Source: a virus
Lineage: Duplodnaviria > Heunggongvirae > Uroviricota > Caudoviricetes
Length of the DNA stretch: 64,000 nt
Direction: 5' to 3' (one strand)
Virus record (IMG/VR): IMGVR_UViG_3300035515_000158
Numbering within the stretch: the stretch's first letter is position 1; the number at the start of each line of letters is the position of its first letter. The notes beneath the pieces were generated by a model. The model was not told where the DNA came from and ran no database searches. It worked only from the letters and a program-made list of their open reading frames with translations. The translations under genes and the position numbers were made by a program. Positions 40,379-51,614 of this stretch are shown here, in pieces.

Positions 40379-40411
40379 AAAAAGGTCATCAAAAAATGAT
40401 GACCTTTTTTT
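40379..40411. terminator. Bidirectional intrinsic terminator
   Basis: AAAAAGGTCATCA...TGATGACCTTTTT. Confidence 0.8.
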
Positions 40412-42544
40412 ATGTATTTTCCACCAATACTTTATCACTATAATTTGTGTCAACAGTCACAAACTCTGCTACATTGTATTGTACATTAAGCCAATCAGTT
40501 GAACCGAATTTCCGATAATACATAGTTTTCTCAGCATTGTCATAATAATAAGTTACCTCTTTTTTATTATTTGTATCAACTTTTATTAATAAATAATCAC
40601 TATCAATAGTATATACTTCAGAAGTATTATTATTCAATAAAACTCTTGTTTTTGTTCCACCATATGTTCCCTTAGCAATGGTGACATTAGTTATATAATT
40701 TGTAATTGACATTTCTGTTGAGTTAGACAAACCAACATATGATACACCATCCTTAAACTCACAATTTGTAACATAATCAAGTAATACATAGTCACATTCA
40801 CTCCCATTTCCTACAATATTAGGATTTTGTGTGGAAGATGTTATTGTTGAAATAAAACCTTTAACATATCCCAAACAACAATTCAAACAACCATTACCAA
40901 ATACATTATTATCACAATACTTTCCCATTGAATTATAAGAAGATGTATTACCAAATGAATTATTATGACAATATGAAGATAATTGATTATATGATGAATT
41001 ATTACCAAATGTATTGTTGTAACATCCACTATTCATTACATTTTTTATACAATAAATACCAAATGTGTTGTTGTAACTACTACCCTGTAATGTATTTTCT
41101 CGACAATAAGTACCAAATGTATTGTTGTTACCGTTAATGATATTTTTATAACATGATATATCAAAATGATTAAATGAACCTGTGACTTCATTATATGTAC
41201 AATATCCATTAAAATAATTTAATGTAGAAGATTCATTTAAAATATTTCCAATACAACCATTACCAAAATTATTCTGGTGACATTCACGATTTAGGGTATT
41301 AGATTGACAACCTACTCCAAATCTATTTTTAGAACCATATTTTACAATATTTTGTTTACATCCATTATCAAATTGGTTATTAACTCCAATACCTGTACTA
41401 TTATCAATATATACTTCATTTTTTTCACAACAATCTCCAAATGTGTTACAATTACTAGTAACTATATTATTACAACAGTATACACCAAGTGAATTTCGAT
41501 ATCCATATATATTATTTGAAATACATCTATCACCTAATAAATTCGGACCTTGTTTAATATCATTACCTGTACAAAAATTACCAAGTGAAACATTCATACA
41601 ACATAAAGTATTATTACGACAATTATTTTTTAATGTATTATATCTTGTTTGAACTGTTATATATGTATGATAAGTTAATGTATTATTTGAACAAGAACCT
41701 CCAAATGTATTAAGGTCACACATATCTTCAAATGTATTATTCAAACAATAATCACCAAGTTCATTATAATGACAATAATTACCAAATGTATTTCCATAAC
41801 AATTATTTCCAAAATGATTTGATATGTCACAACCTCCAAATATATTATCATGACAATCAATACCAAAACTATTATCACAACAATCATTTCCAAGAATATT
41901 ATTATAACAACCTACATCAAAAAAATTATTCTGACATGATGTTCCACCAATAAATATACAATTTAACCGTTGTTGTTGAGATGATGTAGTAATAATATCA
42001 TCATTTGTAATTGTACTATAAAGTGGTTTTATTACATTATTTTTTATTGTTGAACTAAATTCATCTTCTGTGGTTCCAGTAAATGTAAATTCATCATTTA
42101 TCACAAGACTTTTGAAATCATATGGACAATCATTACCATGTTCATCTATCATTCGATATATAACACCAGTATTAAAGGGATTATCTACCCAGTCAAACCT
42201 TTCAGTATCATTATCTAAACAATACCAAATCTTCCACTTTGAACAATTTTCAATTACCCCCCCCCAATTTCATTTTCATTTTCAATAACTCTACCTTCCT
42301 CAGATAATTGATTTTTACTTATTGCCTCAACAATGACATCAAAACCTAAATACCTTTGTCCTAAATTAATAGGTCCAATTACACTATCATATATAAGAGT
42401 ATTATCCTGTTCCCAGTTTTTATTAAAATCAGTTATTTGGTATTCTTTACCGGGGATTAGTTGGTTTTCATCTCTGAGTTTAACCAATTCATCATACGTG
42501 ATTTTTATAATGTCATGTATCCTTTCTTTATTATATGGTCTCAT
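40410..42544 (-). pseudogene. Asn/Cys/Gly-rich beta-helix protein, frameshifted at a G9 tract (ORFs 42254..42544 and 40410..42152)
   Basis: The 5' ORF has the paralog N-terminus; the conserved WKIWYCLDND continues in the -1 frame right after G9. Confidence 0.85.
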
Positions 42545-42558
42545 TATTATATATTTTA

Positions 42559-44571
42559 TTATATTGTTGTTGTTGTTGTCTTCATATAAGCTATATCTTC
42601 ATTTTCATAATACATTGATATAATCTTTAATTCATTTGGGTCAAATTCTTTATAAAATTGTTGTTCATAATAATTAGGGTCTGGTATGTTAATAATAAGA
42701 TAATCACCGTTTATTGTATATTTTGGTTTACCATCTGTACTATTATAAGTTAGTGTTCCACCATGAATACCTCTATGCACAACAATATTACCAGTGTGTG
42801 TCGCTGGAAAATACAACCCGACATATGATACACCATCTTCAAAACATACATTTGACATATTTGAAAATGTTGTTACTGATACACCTGAACTATATCCTAC
42901 AACATTAGGATTTACACTTCCACTTGATGATGTTGAAGTAACGTAACCTAAACAACAATTAGAACAACCATTACCGAATGTATTATTATAACATTTTGTA
43001 CCAATTCGATTACAATATGATCCATTTCCAAATGTATTATAACAAGAATATGTTCCTCCAATATAATTGTAATAACAGTCATTACCGAATTTATTATATG
43101 TACTATTTTTGTTAATATAATTGTAACAACAACCATTACCGAATTTATTATACGATGAATTTATCAAATTGTTATTACATAATGAACCAAATATATTTCC
43201 ATTACCATATATTTTATTAAGACCACAACCAGTGTTCAAAATATTATAATTGTTTTTACTTGAAGATGTCCCGATAGTATTTGCAGAACTATAATTTTTA
43301 AGTATATTATAATCACCGTATATTGTATTTGCACTAGAACTATTATATAAATAATTTGATTTTCCACTTATAATATTGCTACTACAATTATTATTTAAAA
43401 CATTATAGTTATCGGTAATATTGTTGGACACACCACAATTACCAATTTTATTATAACTTGAACTTATATAATTTCCTGAACAGTTTGAACCAAGTATATT
43501 TTCATCACCATATATTGCATTATTACTACAAATAATGTTCAAAATATTACCATTGTTTTTACTTGAAGATGTCCCGATAGTATTTGTAGAACTATAATTT
43601 TTAAGTATATTATAATCACCGTATATTGTATTTGCAATAGAACCAGTATATAAATAATTTGAATTTCCAGTTATAATATCGTTCATACAATAATTATCTA
43701 AAATATTATAACTTCCAGAGACTCCAATTTGATAACATCTTGACACAAAGACATTAGAGTTTCCTGTTATGGTATTTCTATAACAATAAATACCTAAAGT
43801 ATTATATGAACCAGATATGGTCATAGTTTCATTTGACATTACCCCACAATTATCTCCAAGTACATTTGAATATCCAGTTATGTTAATCCCACCACAATAC
43901 TTACCTATTTTATTTCCATACCCAGAAATCGTTATTCTACAACATCCACTATCAATAAAATTATCATAACTATTTTTGTTAGCAAAACGAAATTGACACA
44001 ATCTTTGTTGTAGTACAGTTTTACTATCATCATTTGTTATAGTTGAATATGTTGGTTTTACAACATTATTATATATTGTTGGATACCAGTTGACTGAGTC
44101 TGTATAATAAAAAACTAGTGCAACATCATCATCATAAGTAAATGCTATATTCCTAAAATCAAAAGGTAAATCATTTCCATATTCATCTATCATTCGATAT
44201 ATGACACCTGCTGGGGAAATAGATGCCCAGTCAAATCTATATTCATCACTATCTAAACAATACCAAATTTTCCAAGCAGAATAATTTATAGATGATGTTG
44301 AAGTTTGTTTTTTCTCAACTCGGGCTTCCTCAGATAATTCATTACAATCAATCGCTTTAACTATTATATCAAATTCAACATCTGAATTACCATAGATGGT
44401 TGTTGATGAAGAAGTTTGATAAAATGTAAAATCTGTTGAATCATAATATCCAAAATTAGTTATTCTATATTCTTTACCGGGGATTAGTTGACTGTTATTT
44501 CTAAGGTTTTTTAATTGTTTATATGTTACTTCTATTATATCATGTATTCTTTCCTCCTTATATTTACTCAT
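42559..44571 (-). CDS. Beta-helix repeat protein (putative fiber/adhesin)
   Basis: LIPGKEYRIT, WKIWYCLD, GVIYRMIDEYGN; NxxGxxC repeats. Confidence 0.7.
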   Translation of the reverse strand: MSKYKEERIHDIIEVTYKQLKNLRNNSQLIPGKEYRITNFGYYDSTDFTFYQTSSSTTIYGNSDVEFDIIVKAIDCNELSEEARVEKKQTSTSSINYSAWKIWYCLDSDEYRFDWASISPAGVIYRMIDEYGNDLPFDFRNIAFTYDDDVALVFYYTDSVNWYPTIYNNVVKPTYSTITNDDSKTVLQQRLCQFRFANKNSYDNFIDSGCCRITISGYGNKIGKYCGGINITGYSNVLGDNCGVMSNETMTISGSYNTLGIYCYRNTITGNSNVFVSRCYQIGVSGSYNILDNYCMNDIITGNSNYLYTGSIANTIYGDYNILKNYSSTNTIGTSSSKNNGNILNIICSNNAIYGDENILGSNCSGNYISSSYNKIGNCGVSNNITDNYNVLNNNCSSNIISGKSNYLYNSSSANTIYGDYNILKNYSSANTIGTSSSKNNYNILNTGCGLNKIYGNGNIFGSLCNNNLINSSYNKFGNGCCYNYINKNSTYNKFGNDCYYNYIGGTYSCYNTFGNGSYCNRIGTKCYNNTFGNGCSNCCLGYVTSTSSSGSVNPNVVGYSSGVSVTTFSNMSNVCFEDGVSYVGLYFPATHTGNIVVHRGIHGGTLTYNSTDGKPKYTINGDYLIINIPDPNYYEQQFYKEFDPNELKIISMYYENEDIAYMKTTTTTI

Positions 44572-44669
44572 ATTTTTGATTTATTATGTATCCATATTTT
44601 TACAGTATTTATATAAAAATTATTACAAAAATTATATGTTTTGTAACATATTTTGAGTAAACATCCGAC

Positions 44670-44706
44670 AAAAAAAAAAGGTTTACAGAATTTTGTAAAC
44701 CTTTTA
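44670..44706 (-). terminator. Intrinsic terminator
   Basis: AAAAGGTTTACA...TGTAAACCTTTT with long A tract on +. Confidence 0.75.
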
Positions 44707-44710
44707 AATT

Positions 44711-47700
44711 TTATTTTGTAGATGTACTTAATGTATTAAGTGTGGTACTATAACCCAGTTTATATACATATTTTGGAGTTGTTGGATCATAAAATACATC
44801 AACAGAAGTACCTCTTGCAATAGAAGATATGAAACTAACTAAATTAAGATGTAGAAAACTTGAATTTAATGTATAGTTAACAATTCCTGAAGAATATTTT
44901 GTTTTTGATCCACCATGAACACCTTGATGTATAACTATACCACTCATATAAGTTGAAGTTGAACCCCCATAAGATCCGAAACCTACATATGACACACCAT
45001 CTTTAAATTCACATTCTGATGTATAATTCCACCAGTTTTTACTTATACCAGAGTTATATCCTGCAACATTAGGATTTGTGACATTAGTACCACTACTAGA
45101 ATTTATAGAACCCAAACAATTATTAACACATCCATTTCCAAATTTATTGTTAAAACAATAATTTCCCATTGAATTATAAGAAGCATTATTACCAAATGAA
45201 TTATAACGATTTATAGTTTCCATATAATTATATACACATTCGTGACCAAATGAATTTCCTTGACAAGAATCACCCATGTAGTTATATTGACAATTACTAC
45301 CATATGAATTATTTTGACAATATTCTCCAAAAACATTATATGAAAAACTATTACCACATATATTATTAGTAAAATATTTACCAAATGTATTCCCTTTACA
45401 TTGATTACCTATAATATTCATGGTAAAATATGATGTTTCTATTTTATTCTGATAAAAATAGTTACCTATAGTGTTTGTATAAAAACTACCATCTTTACAA
45501 CAAGTATTTTCACAACAGTTTGAACCAAACTTATTGGTAAAACTTCCAGCACCAAATGTATTAGAACTACACATTGATTCAAATGAATTACCATAGCAAG
45601 TATCACCAAATGTATTAGAATTACAAGCATTACCAAATGTATTTCCATAACAATTTTTTCCAAAGACATTACTTACACATCTTGAACCTAATGTATTACG
45701 TTGACAGTTTTGATTAAAAAAATTTCCACCACTATTTATACCTATATGATTGTGGTTACACCCACCATATGTTGTAACGTTCGCATTTCCATTATTATAT
45801 CCTAAATTATTAGAATAACAACCATTTTCAAGTGTATTATCACTTCCATTTATATAGTTAGTCCAACAATTTTCACCAAGATGATTATCACAACCTATTA
45901 TATATGCAGTACCAGAATTTGCACCTAAATAATTATTTTTTGAACCAACTGTATTATTATTTGAATCCACATAATTGTACATATAAATCCCACTATTATT
46001 ATTTTCAATTATGTTAAAGTTACACAACGATTCCAATGATATGTTGTAACAATTATTACCAAATTTATTACGAGAACCACCTATCGTGTTTTCACCACTA
46101 CTACCACATGAATTATCAAATGTGTTGTCATCACCAGTAACTGTATTATTGACACAATTATTACCAAATTTATTACGAGAACCACCTATCGTATTCTTTT
46201 TACTACTACTGCCACATGAATTACCAAATAAGTTGTCATTACCAGTAACTGTATTATAACAACAACAATTACCAAATGAGTTTGTACAACCACTAATTGT
46301 ATTATTACTACATTCATTTCCTAATAAATTCCCATACTTACTAACATTATTTGAACGACAATTCTGTCCAAATATATTATCATATGATGAAACAGTATTT
46401 GACACACAAGTATCACCAAATGAATTTCTATAACTTGTTACATTATTACTGGCACACTCATTTCCAAATGAATTGGCATTATTACTAACAGTATTTTGAG
46501 AACAGGCATTTTTAAATGAATTATTTGAACCTGTTATTTCATTTAAATAACAACCATTACCAAATGAATTTTGACTTGAAGTAGAATTTAATTTATTATT
46601 ATAACAATAATTACCAAATGAATTATGACTACCAGTTATAGAATAACTCGATGTTGAACCGGAATAACAAAAATTACCAAATGAGTTATTATTACCAGTA
46701 ACCTTAAGTGTATAACAATAACTCCCAAATGAATTTCTATATCCACTTATGTTTAATGAATAACAACGTTCTCCGATATTATTTAAATAACTACTAGAAC
46801 TTAATGTCAATCCATAACATCCATCACCAATTTTATTTTCATAACAACTACTATTTAATGTAGTGGTTGTTGTTCCATTATAACACATATTACCAAATGA
46901 ATTACCATAACAGTTTGAACTTAGTGTAATATAACCACACTGTATTCCAAATGAATTGAGATATGCACCAGTTAATGTATTATTAAGACATTGATTACCA
47001 AATTCATTACCATATGTAGCATAAGATGAATTAGATTTTAATGTATTATCATGACAACCACTACCAAATTTATTATAGCACACTTGTTTTGCAGTATATC
47101 CATTTATTGATAATGTATTATTATAACAATATGTTCCAAAAGTATTCGCGATACAACTATTTGATAGTGTATTATCATGACAATCATCACCAAAAATATT
47201 ATCAACACAACTATCTCCAAGTGTGTTTGAATAACATGATACTCCAAAACTATTTTTTGAACATCCAGTACCAAGAGTATTATCATGACATAAATTTCCA
47301 AATGAATTGTTATTACAAGATGAACTCAATGTAATATTATAACAGCCAACACCAAATGTATTATTAAAACATTCAGTAGTATCAGTTACTGATTTACCAC
47401 AATTAATATTATAACATCCGGTATCAAAAAAATTACCATGAATATCATCACCATATAAAGATATACAATTCAATCTCTGTTGTGTATTAGATGTCATATC
47501 ATCATTTGTAATTCCACTATATAATGGTTTTATAACATTATTATAAATTGGGCCTTCATTATATGAGTAGAATGTTTGTTTTCCATAATTAAATACCAAA
47601 CTTTTAAAATCATATGGTGCCTCATTACCATATTCATCTATCATTTGATATATAACACCAGTTTTACACATTAGACTTGCCCAGTCGAATCGGAGAGCAT

Positions 47701-48043
47701 CATTATCTAAACAAAATCTAAGTTTCCAAGCATCATAATCTGCATCAAGAACATCTTCACAACCAGACTTAACACACGCTCTGGCTTCTTCTGATAATGT
47801 ATCTGTGGAAATTGCATGGACTATAACATTAAATGGTGTTGTTATCCAATTCGTAGTTAATGTATTACTACTACCTAGAATACTATCTTTCCATACATAT
47901 GACTGACCTGTATTCTTATACCCAAAATCGGATATAATATAATCTTTACCTTGGATGAGTTTACCTTCATCCCTAAGTGTTACCAATTCGGAGTATGTCA
48001 CTTTTAATTTATCATGAATACTCCCTTCTAAATATTTCCCCAT
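44711..48043 (-). CDS. Large beta-helix repeat protein (putative fiber/adhesin)
   Basis: Same N- and C-terminal modules as neighbours; dozens of NSFGNxCxxN repeats. Confidence 0.7.
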   Translation of the reverse strand: MGKYLEGSIHDKLKVTYSELVTLRDEGKLIQGKDYIISDFGYKNTGQSYVWKDSILGSSNTLTTNWITTPFNVIVHAISTDTLSEEARACVKSGCEDVLDADYDAWKLRFCLDNDALRFDWASLMCKTGVIYQMIDEYGNEAPYDFKSLVFNYGKQTFYSYNEGPIYNNVIKPLYSGITNDDMTSNTQQRLNCISLYGDDIHGNFFDTGCYNINCGKSVTDTTECFNNTFGVGCYNITLSSSCNNNSFGNLCHDNTLGTGCSKNSFGVSCYSNTLGDSCVDNIFGDDCHDNTLSNSCIANTFGTYCYNNTLSINGYTAKQVCYNKFGSGCHDNTLKSNSSYATYGNEFGNQCLNNTLTGAYLNSFGIQCGYITLSSNCYGNSFGNMCYNGTTTTTLNSSCYENKIGDGCYGLTLSSSSYLNNIGERCYSLNISGYRNSFGSYCYTLKVTGNNNSFGNFCYSGSTSSYSITGSHNSFGNYCYNNKLNSTSSQNSFGNGCYLNEITGSNNSFKNACSQNTVSNNANSFGNECASNNVTSYRNSFGDTCVSNTVSSYDNIFGQNCRSNNVSKYGNLLGNECSNNTISGCTNSFGNCCCYNTVTGNDNLFGNSCGSSSKKNTIGGSRNKFGNNCVNNTVTGDDNTFDNSCGSSGENTIGGSRNKFGNNCYNISLESLCNFNIIENNNSGIYMYNYVDSNNNTVGSKNNYLGANSGTAYIIGCDNHLGENCWTNYINGSDNTLENGCYSNNLGYNNGNANVTTYGGCNHNHIGINSGGNFFNQNCQRNTLGSRCVSNVFGKNCYGNTFGNACNSNTFGDTCYGNSFESMCSSNTFGAGSFTNKFGSNCCENTCCKDGSFYTNTIGNYFYQNKIETSYFTMNIIGNQCKGNTFGKYFTNNICGNSFSYNVFGEYCQNNSYGSNCQYNYMGDSCQGNSFGHECVYNYMETINRYNSFGNNASYNSMGNYCFNNKFGNGCVNNCLGSINSSSGTNVTNPNVAGYNSGISKNWWNYTSECEFKDGVSYVGFGSYGGSTSTYMSGIVIHQGVHGGSKTKYSSGIVNYTLNSSFLHLNLVSFISSIARGTSVDVFYDPTTPKYVYKLGYSTTLNTLSTSTK

Positions 48044-48141
48044 ATTTTAATTAAATTTATATTTTATTATATGGGGAATATATAAAAAAATTCCCCACAT
48101 TATCATGTAAAATTTTGATTTTACTTTTACATAAATAACTT

Positions 48142-48335
48142 AGGGAAATAATAAAGTGACTTCATGTGTGGTTCTCAACATATGAAGAAAGGTCTTTTAA
48201 TGGCTTATAGACCTTTGAGGGTGTGATAAAGTCTGGTAAACTTTATGACATTAAACCATAGGAAATTTGATTATTTTCTATTTTCCTTTCACATATTGAA
48301 GGAGGTCTATGTTCGATGCATAGTCCTCTTTTTTT
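48142..48335 (+). ncRNA. Candidate structured non-coding RNA
   Basis: CATAAATA at 48130-48137; four hairpins, a long-range stem and a terminal hairpin with T tract; G-U pairs only on +. Confidence 0.65.
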
Positions 48336-48383
48336 ATATTTATGGTAAACTTCATAAATACTATATAATTGACAAAATCTAAA

Positions 48384-48887
48384 ATGATTAAAATAAGAAA
48401 ATTCTCTGAGTTTATAAATGAAGCTAAGTCGGTTCAAGAGATTGTAAAAGATTTAGCACGACATTTATCATTTGACAAGGATGTTATAAAATATCTTAAC
48501 ACATCCAGAAGTAAACGTGAGATTGGTTGGAGAGAGTTATTACAATCAAAGTTACATGGTGATAATTTAGAGTATGTCACTTATATCACCAAGAACATGG
48601 TTGCTGACTATAACCCACAAATTACAGGTCCGGTTTCATTCAAAAGTAATGGTGAAGAAGATTTTGATAATACGACTGTTGTGGATACTTCAAGATTCAA
48701 TGAAATGGATCCTGATGAAAAGATTGATGACTTAAACCGTCGACTTACAGGTGTTGAAAATGTATTAGGTATTGACCCTGATGATGAAGATACATTAGAC
48801 AAAGCCATGAAAATATCTAAAGACCTCGGATTTGAAACAATAGAAGATGAGGATGATGAAGATGATGAAAAAGAAGAAGAAGAATAA
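48384..48887 (+). CDS. Hypothetical late protein with acidic tail; start likely 48384
   Basis: MIKIRKFSEFINEA leader; CATAAATA at 48353. Confidence 0.7.
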   Translation: MIKIRKFSEFINEAKSVQEIVKDLARHLSFDKDVIKYLNTSRSKREIGWRELLQSKLHGDNLEYVTYITKNMVADYNPQITGPVSFKSNGEEDFDNTTVVDTSRFNEMDPDEKIDDLNRRLTGVENVLGIDPDDEDTLDKAMKISKDLGFETIEDEDDEDDEKEEEE

Positions 48888-49799
48888 ATGTCAGACTATA
48901 ACCAAAAATATAATAAAGATGATGTCTTTATCAGAAACATGATAGTGTGTTTACTTGCTGAGTTAAACAAGAAGATATATTATTATAATCGAATAGATAA
49001 TGACACTGTTGAAAAGGTAGATGTTCCATGTCTATATTCAATTACAGGTGCTGAGAGATTTCTAAAAGATGAATTTTACTATGATGCACTTAAAATGGGT
49101 AAGGCATATGGTGATTATGAAAAGGTTCCGAGATGTATGGTAAATTTAACGGGACTAAGTATAAACACTGGTGAACAGACCAATAAATATAATCGCACGA
49201 AAATAGTTAGAAGTGTTAGGAACAAGTTGAGGACTTTGTATCTCAATGTTGATTTTATACCCGTTACCCTAAGTTTTGAATGTAAGGTAATCTGTGCTAA
49301 CAATATTGAATTATTTAAGTTATCTGAGTGTATTATTTCAAAGATATATAAGAACCCCAATTTTTTCAAGGTAGATTTTGGGATGTTTAATGTGGATGCA
49401 TCTTTATCTGTTCCCGCTGATTACACACATGAATTACCACAAGAATTTGGTTTTAGTGATAAGAAGGAATTTTCAACATCATTTTCAGTTGAGATGAAAT
49501 CATTTCTCCCTGCTTTTGAATGGGGATTATTGATGTGTGAGATTGATGAGATGTTAGAAAAAATACCTGATGATTATTCTGGTATTGTTGAATTTAGACC
49601 TAATGAATATGGTGAGATGGAAATGAGATGTGGCGGTGTATTTGAAACATTTAGAATTTCACAGTATCATTCTACTATAAATGATGCGACATTAAAATCT
49701 AACACCCACAAATCACCAATGTTAGCAAGAACTCCGGATGAATTGAAAAAGAAAGATGATGAAGAGATTCTAATGGACAGAAAATATGTGACTAAGTAA
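48888..49799 (+). CDS. gp15-like tail sheath stabilizer/terminator
   Basis: VDVPCLY, VPRCMV, IPVTLSFEC...ELFKLSECII pattern. Confidence 0.6.
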   Translation: MSDYNQKYNKDDVFIRNMIVCLLAELNKKIYYYNRIDNDTVEKVDVPCLYSITGAERFLKDEFYYDALKMGKAYGDYEKVPRCMVNLTGLSINTGEQTNKYNRTKIVRSVRNKLRTLYLNVDFIPVTLSFECKVICANNIELFKLSECIISKIYKNPNFFKVDFGMFNVDASLSVPADYTHELPQEFGFSDKKEFSTSFSVEMKSFLPAFEWGLLMCEIDEMLEKIPDDYSGIVEFRPNEYGEMEMRCGGVFETFRISQYHSTINDATLKSNTHKSPMLARTPDELKKKDDEEILMDRKYVTK

Positions 49800-49837
49800 G
49801 TTTCACATAAATATCTTAACATGAGAGAAATAAACAA

Positions 49838-51577
49838 ATGATTAGTTTACAAAATATATTAGGAACAAAAGGACAGGAATTTCTGGACAATCTTCTAAAT
49901 AAGGAAGTAATTGTCACAGAAAAGTTAAATGCTTCCACTTTGTCATTTCAGAAAAAACAAACTTCTGAAATGGACTTAAATAGAAAACTGACTTTTTACA
50001 AGGGTTCCGGAACAAATAAAAAGGAAATTACAATCGCAGATAGGGTTATGACAACTTTTTATGCGACTGGTATGCAGTATCTAAATAATCTCAGTAAATT
50101 AACTATGGATAGGATACCTGCTAACTGGACATTTGTGTGTAAGTATTTTCCAAGTCATCAACCCAGTTTTATTAATTATTCTGTAATTCCTAAAAATAAC
50201 TTGGTATTATCTTATATTATCACATCAGGGGGAACTCGATTAGAAGATGTTGATGATTTGAGAAACTGGGCTGAGATGTTTGATATCGCTTGTCAAGAAC
50301 CTGTTTATAGAGGTTATCTTACCGAATACCAAAAAGAAAGACTATTGGGCTATATAAAAGACAATAGTAGTAATAAAGAGTCATTCTCTAAATTTATTAT
50401 CACATTGTTGAACACATCATTAACACATTCACTTTATCAAGATGATGGATTTGATGCTCCTATTGATGGATTTGTATTTAAGTTTATTTCTGATGATGGT
50501 ATAACAAAACCATTGTCAGCTAAGTTGATTGATCCTTATATGTCTAATTTGATACTTAAAAAACAATCATATAAGAGTTACAAGGATAATACGGATGTGT
50601 TATTATCTGATTTCTCTGTTTTCATGTCTGGTCAGGATATGGATAGTATTATATTAAAAGGTGAAAGTGAATCGGATAGATATTTGGAACTGTTTTATAG
50701 ACTTTTTAACAGATACATCAAATATAAGAAAACACAATTAGAAGATTTTGATATTGACACAAATGAAGTTGTCAAAGAAAGTATAGATGTAGATTTTGAT
50801 ATTGACATGGACAAAATATCAAATGAAACAACAAAGAAAATACTAAAAGAAAATCCTGAATATAAGTCTATCTTCAAAGCTCTACTTGGTAGTTTTAAGA
50901 CAAAGAAACCCGAAGACTACAAATCATTAGTTATGTCACCGGGTGTTGTTAGACTTTTTAATGATGTTGTTGACAAAATAAATGCAAAAACAACACAAGC
51001 AGATGATGAACAAGACCTATCATTCAGTTCATACTTAAATACTATCCACAAAAAGACCATTAAGGATTTGGATATAAACAATGCACCTGATGTAGTTCAA
51101 AAGAATAATCAATTTGTGGACTTAGAAATAAAAGAACCTACCAGTAATGCACTATCATTCTCTGACTTCAAAAAGAAAGAAAAGAAGAAAGAGGAACATG
51201 ATGAAGAAAAGAAAGAAATCAAATCTATCGAGGACATGATTAAAGACCTACAAAAGTCAGTGAAAAAAGTGTCCGATGATGTAGATGATATTAAATCGAC
51301 TGAAAAAGAAGAAAAAGAAGAATCTGAAAAGTCTGAAAAGGATGATAGTAAGTCTGATGACAAAGATGAAAAGAAAGAAAAGGATGTAAAGGATAAGTCA
51401 TCTGATAAAGAAGATGAAGATGATAAGTCAGAAGATTCAGATAATGAAGATAATGATGAATCCGATGACAATAATTCTGATGATGACAAGTCTGATGATA
51501 AAGATGAAGATAAATCTGATGATGATAATTCAGACAAGAAAGACAAAGATGAAAAACCTTCATTAGCTGGACTTTAA
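49838..51577 (+). CDS. RNA-ligase-like nucleotidyltransferase fold protein with degenerate motif I and acidic tail
   Basis: VTEKLNA (cf. EKxDG), IDGFVFK (cf. EGxVxK), AKLID. Confidence 0.5.
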   Translation: MISLQNILGTKGQEFLDNLLNKEVIVTEKLNASTLSFQKKQTSEMDLNRKLTFYKGSGTNKKEITIADRVMTTFYATGMQYLNNLSKLTMDRIPANWTFVCKYFPSHQPSFINYSVIPKNNLVLSYIITSGGTRLEDVDDLRNWAEMFDIACQEPVYRGYLTEYQKERLLGYIKDNSSNKESFSKFIITLLNTSLTHSLYQDDGFDAPIDGFVFKFISDDGITKPLSAKLIDPYMSNLILKKQSYKSYKDNTDVLLSDFSVFMSGQDMDSIILKGESESDRYLELFYRLFNRYIKYKKTQLEDFDIDTNEVVKESIDVDFDIDMDKISNETTKKILKENPEYKSIFKALLGSFKTKKPEDYKSLVMSPGVVRLFNDVVDKINAKTTQADDEQDLSFSSYLNTIHKKTIKDLDINNAPDVVQKNNQFVDLEIKEPTSNALSFSDFKKKEKKKEEHDEEKKEIKSIEDMIKDLQKSVKKVSDDVDDIKSTEKEEKEESEKSEKDDSKSDDKDEKKEKDVKDKSSDKEDEDDKSEDSDNEDNDESDDNNSDDDKSDDKDEDKSDDDNSDKKDKDEKPSLAGL

Positions 51578-51614
51578 TTTTTCATAAATATAATAAAAGA
51601 TAGACATTTTAATA

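Noticed and set aside
43240-43680. DGR template/variable repeat pair
   Set aside because: Both copies are in frame within one gene, mismatches are not adenine-specific in one direction, and no reverse transcriptase is in the window
48255-48335. tRNA or tmRNA gene
   Set aside because: A T-arm-like hairpin is present, but there is no acceptor stem, D arm, anticodon arm or CCA
48243-48437. 64-aa - strand ORF
   Set aside because: Overlaps a real + gene, two promoters and the structured RNA; no protein-like features
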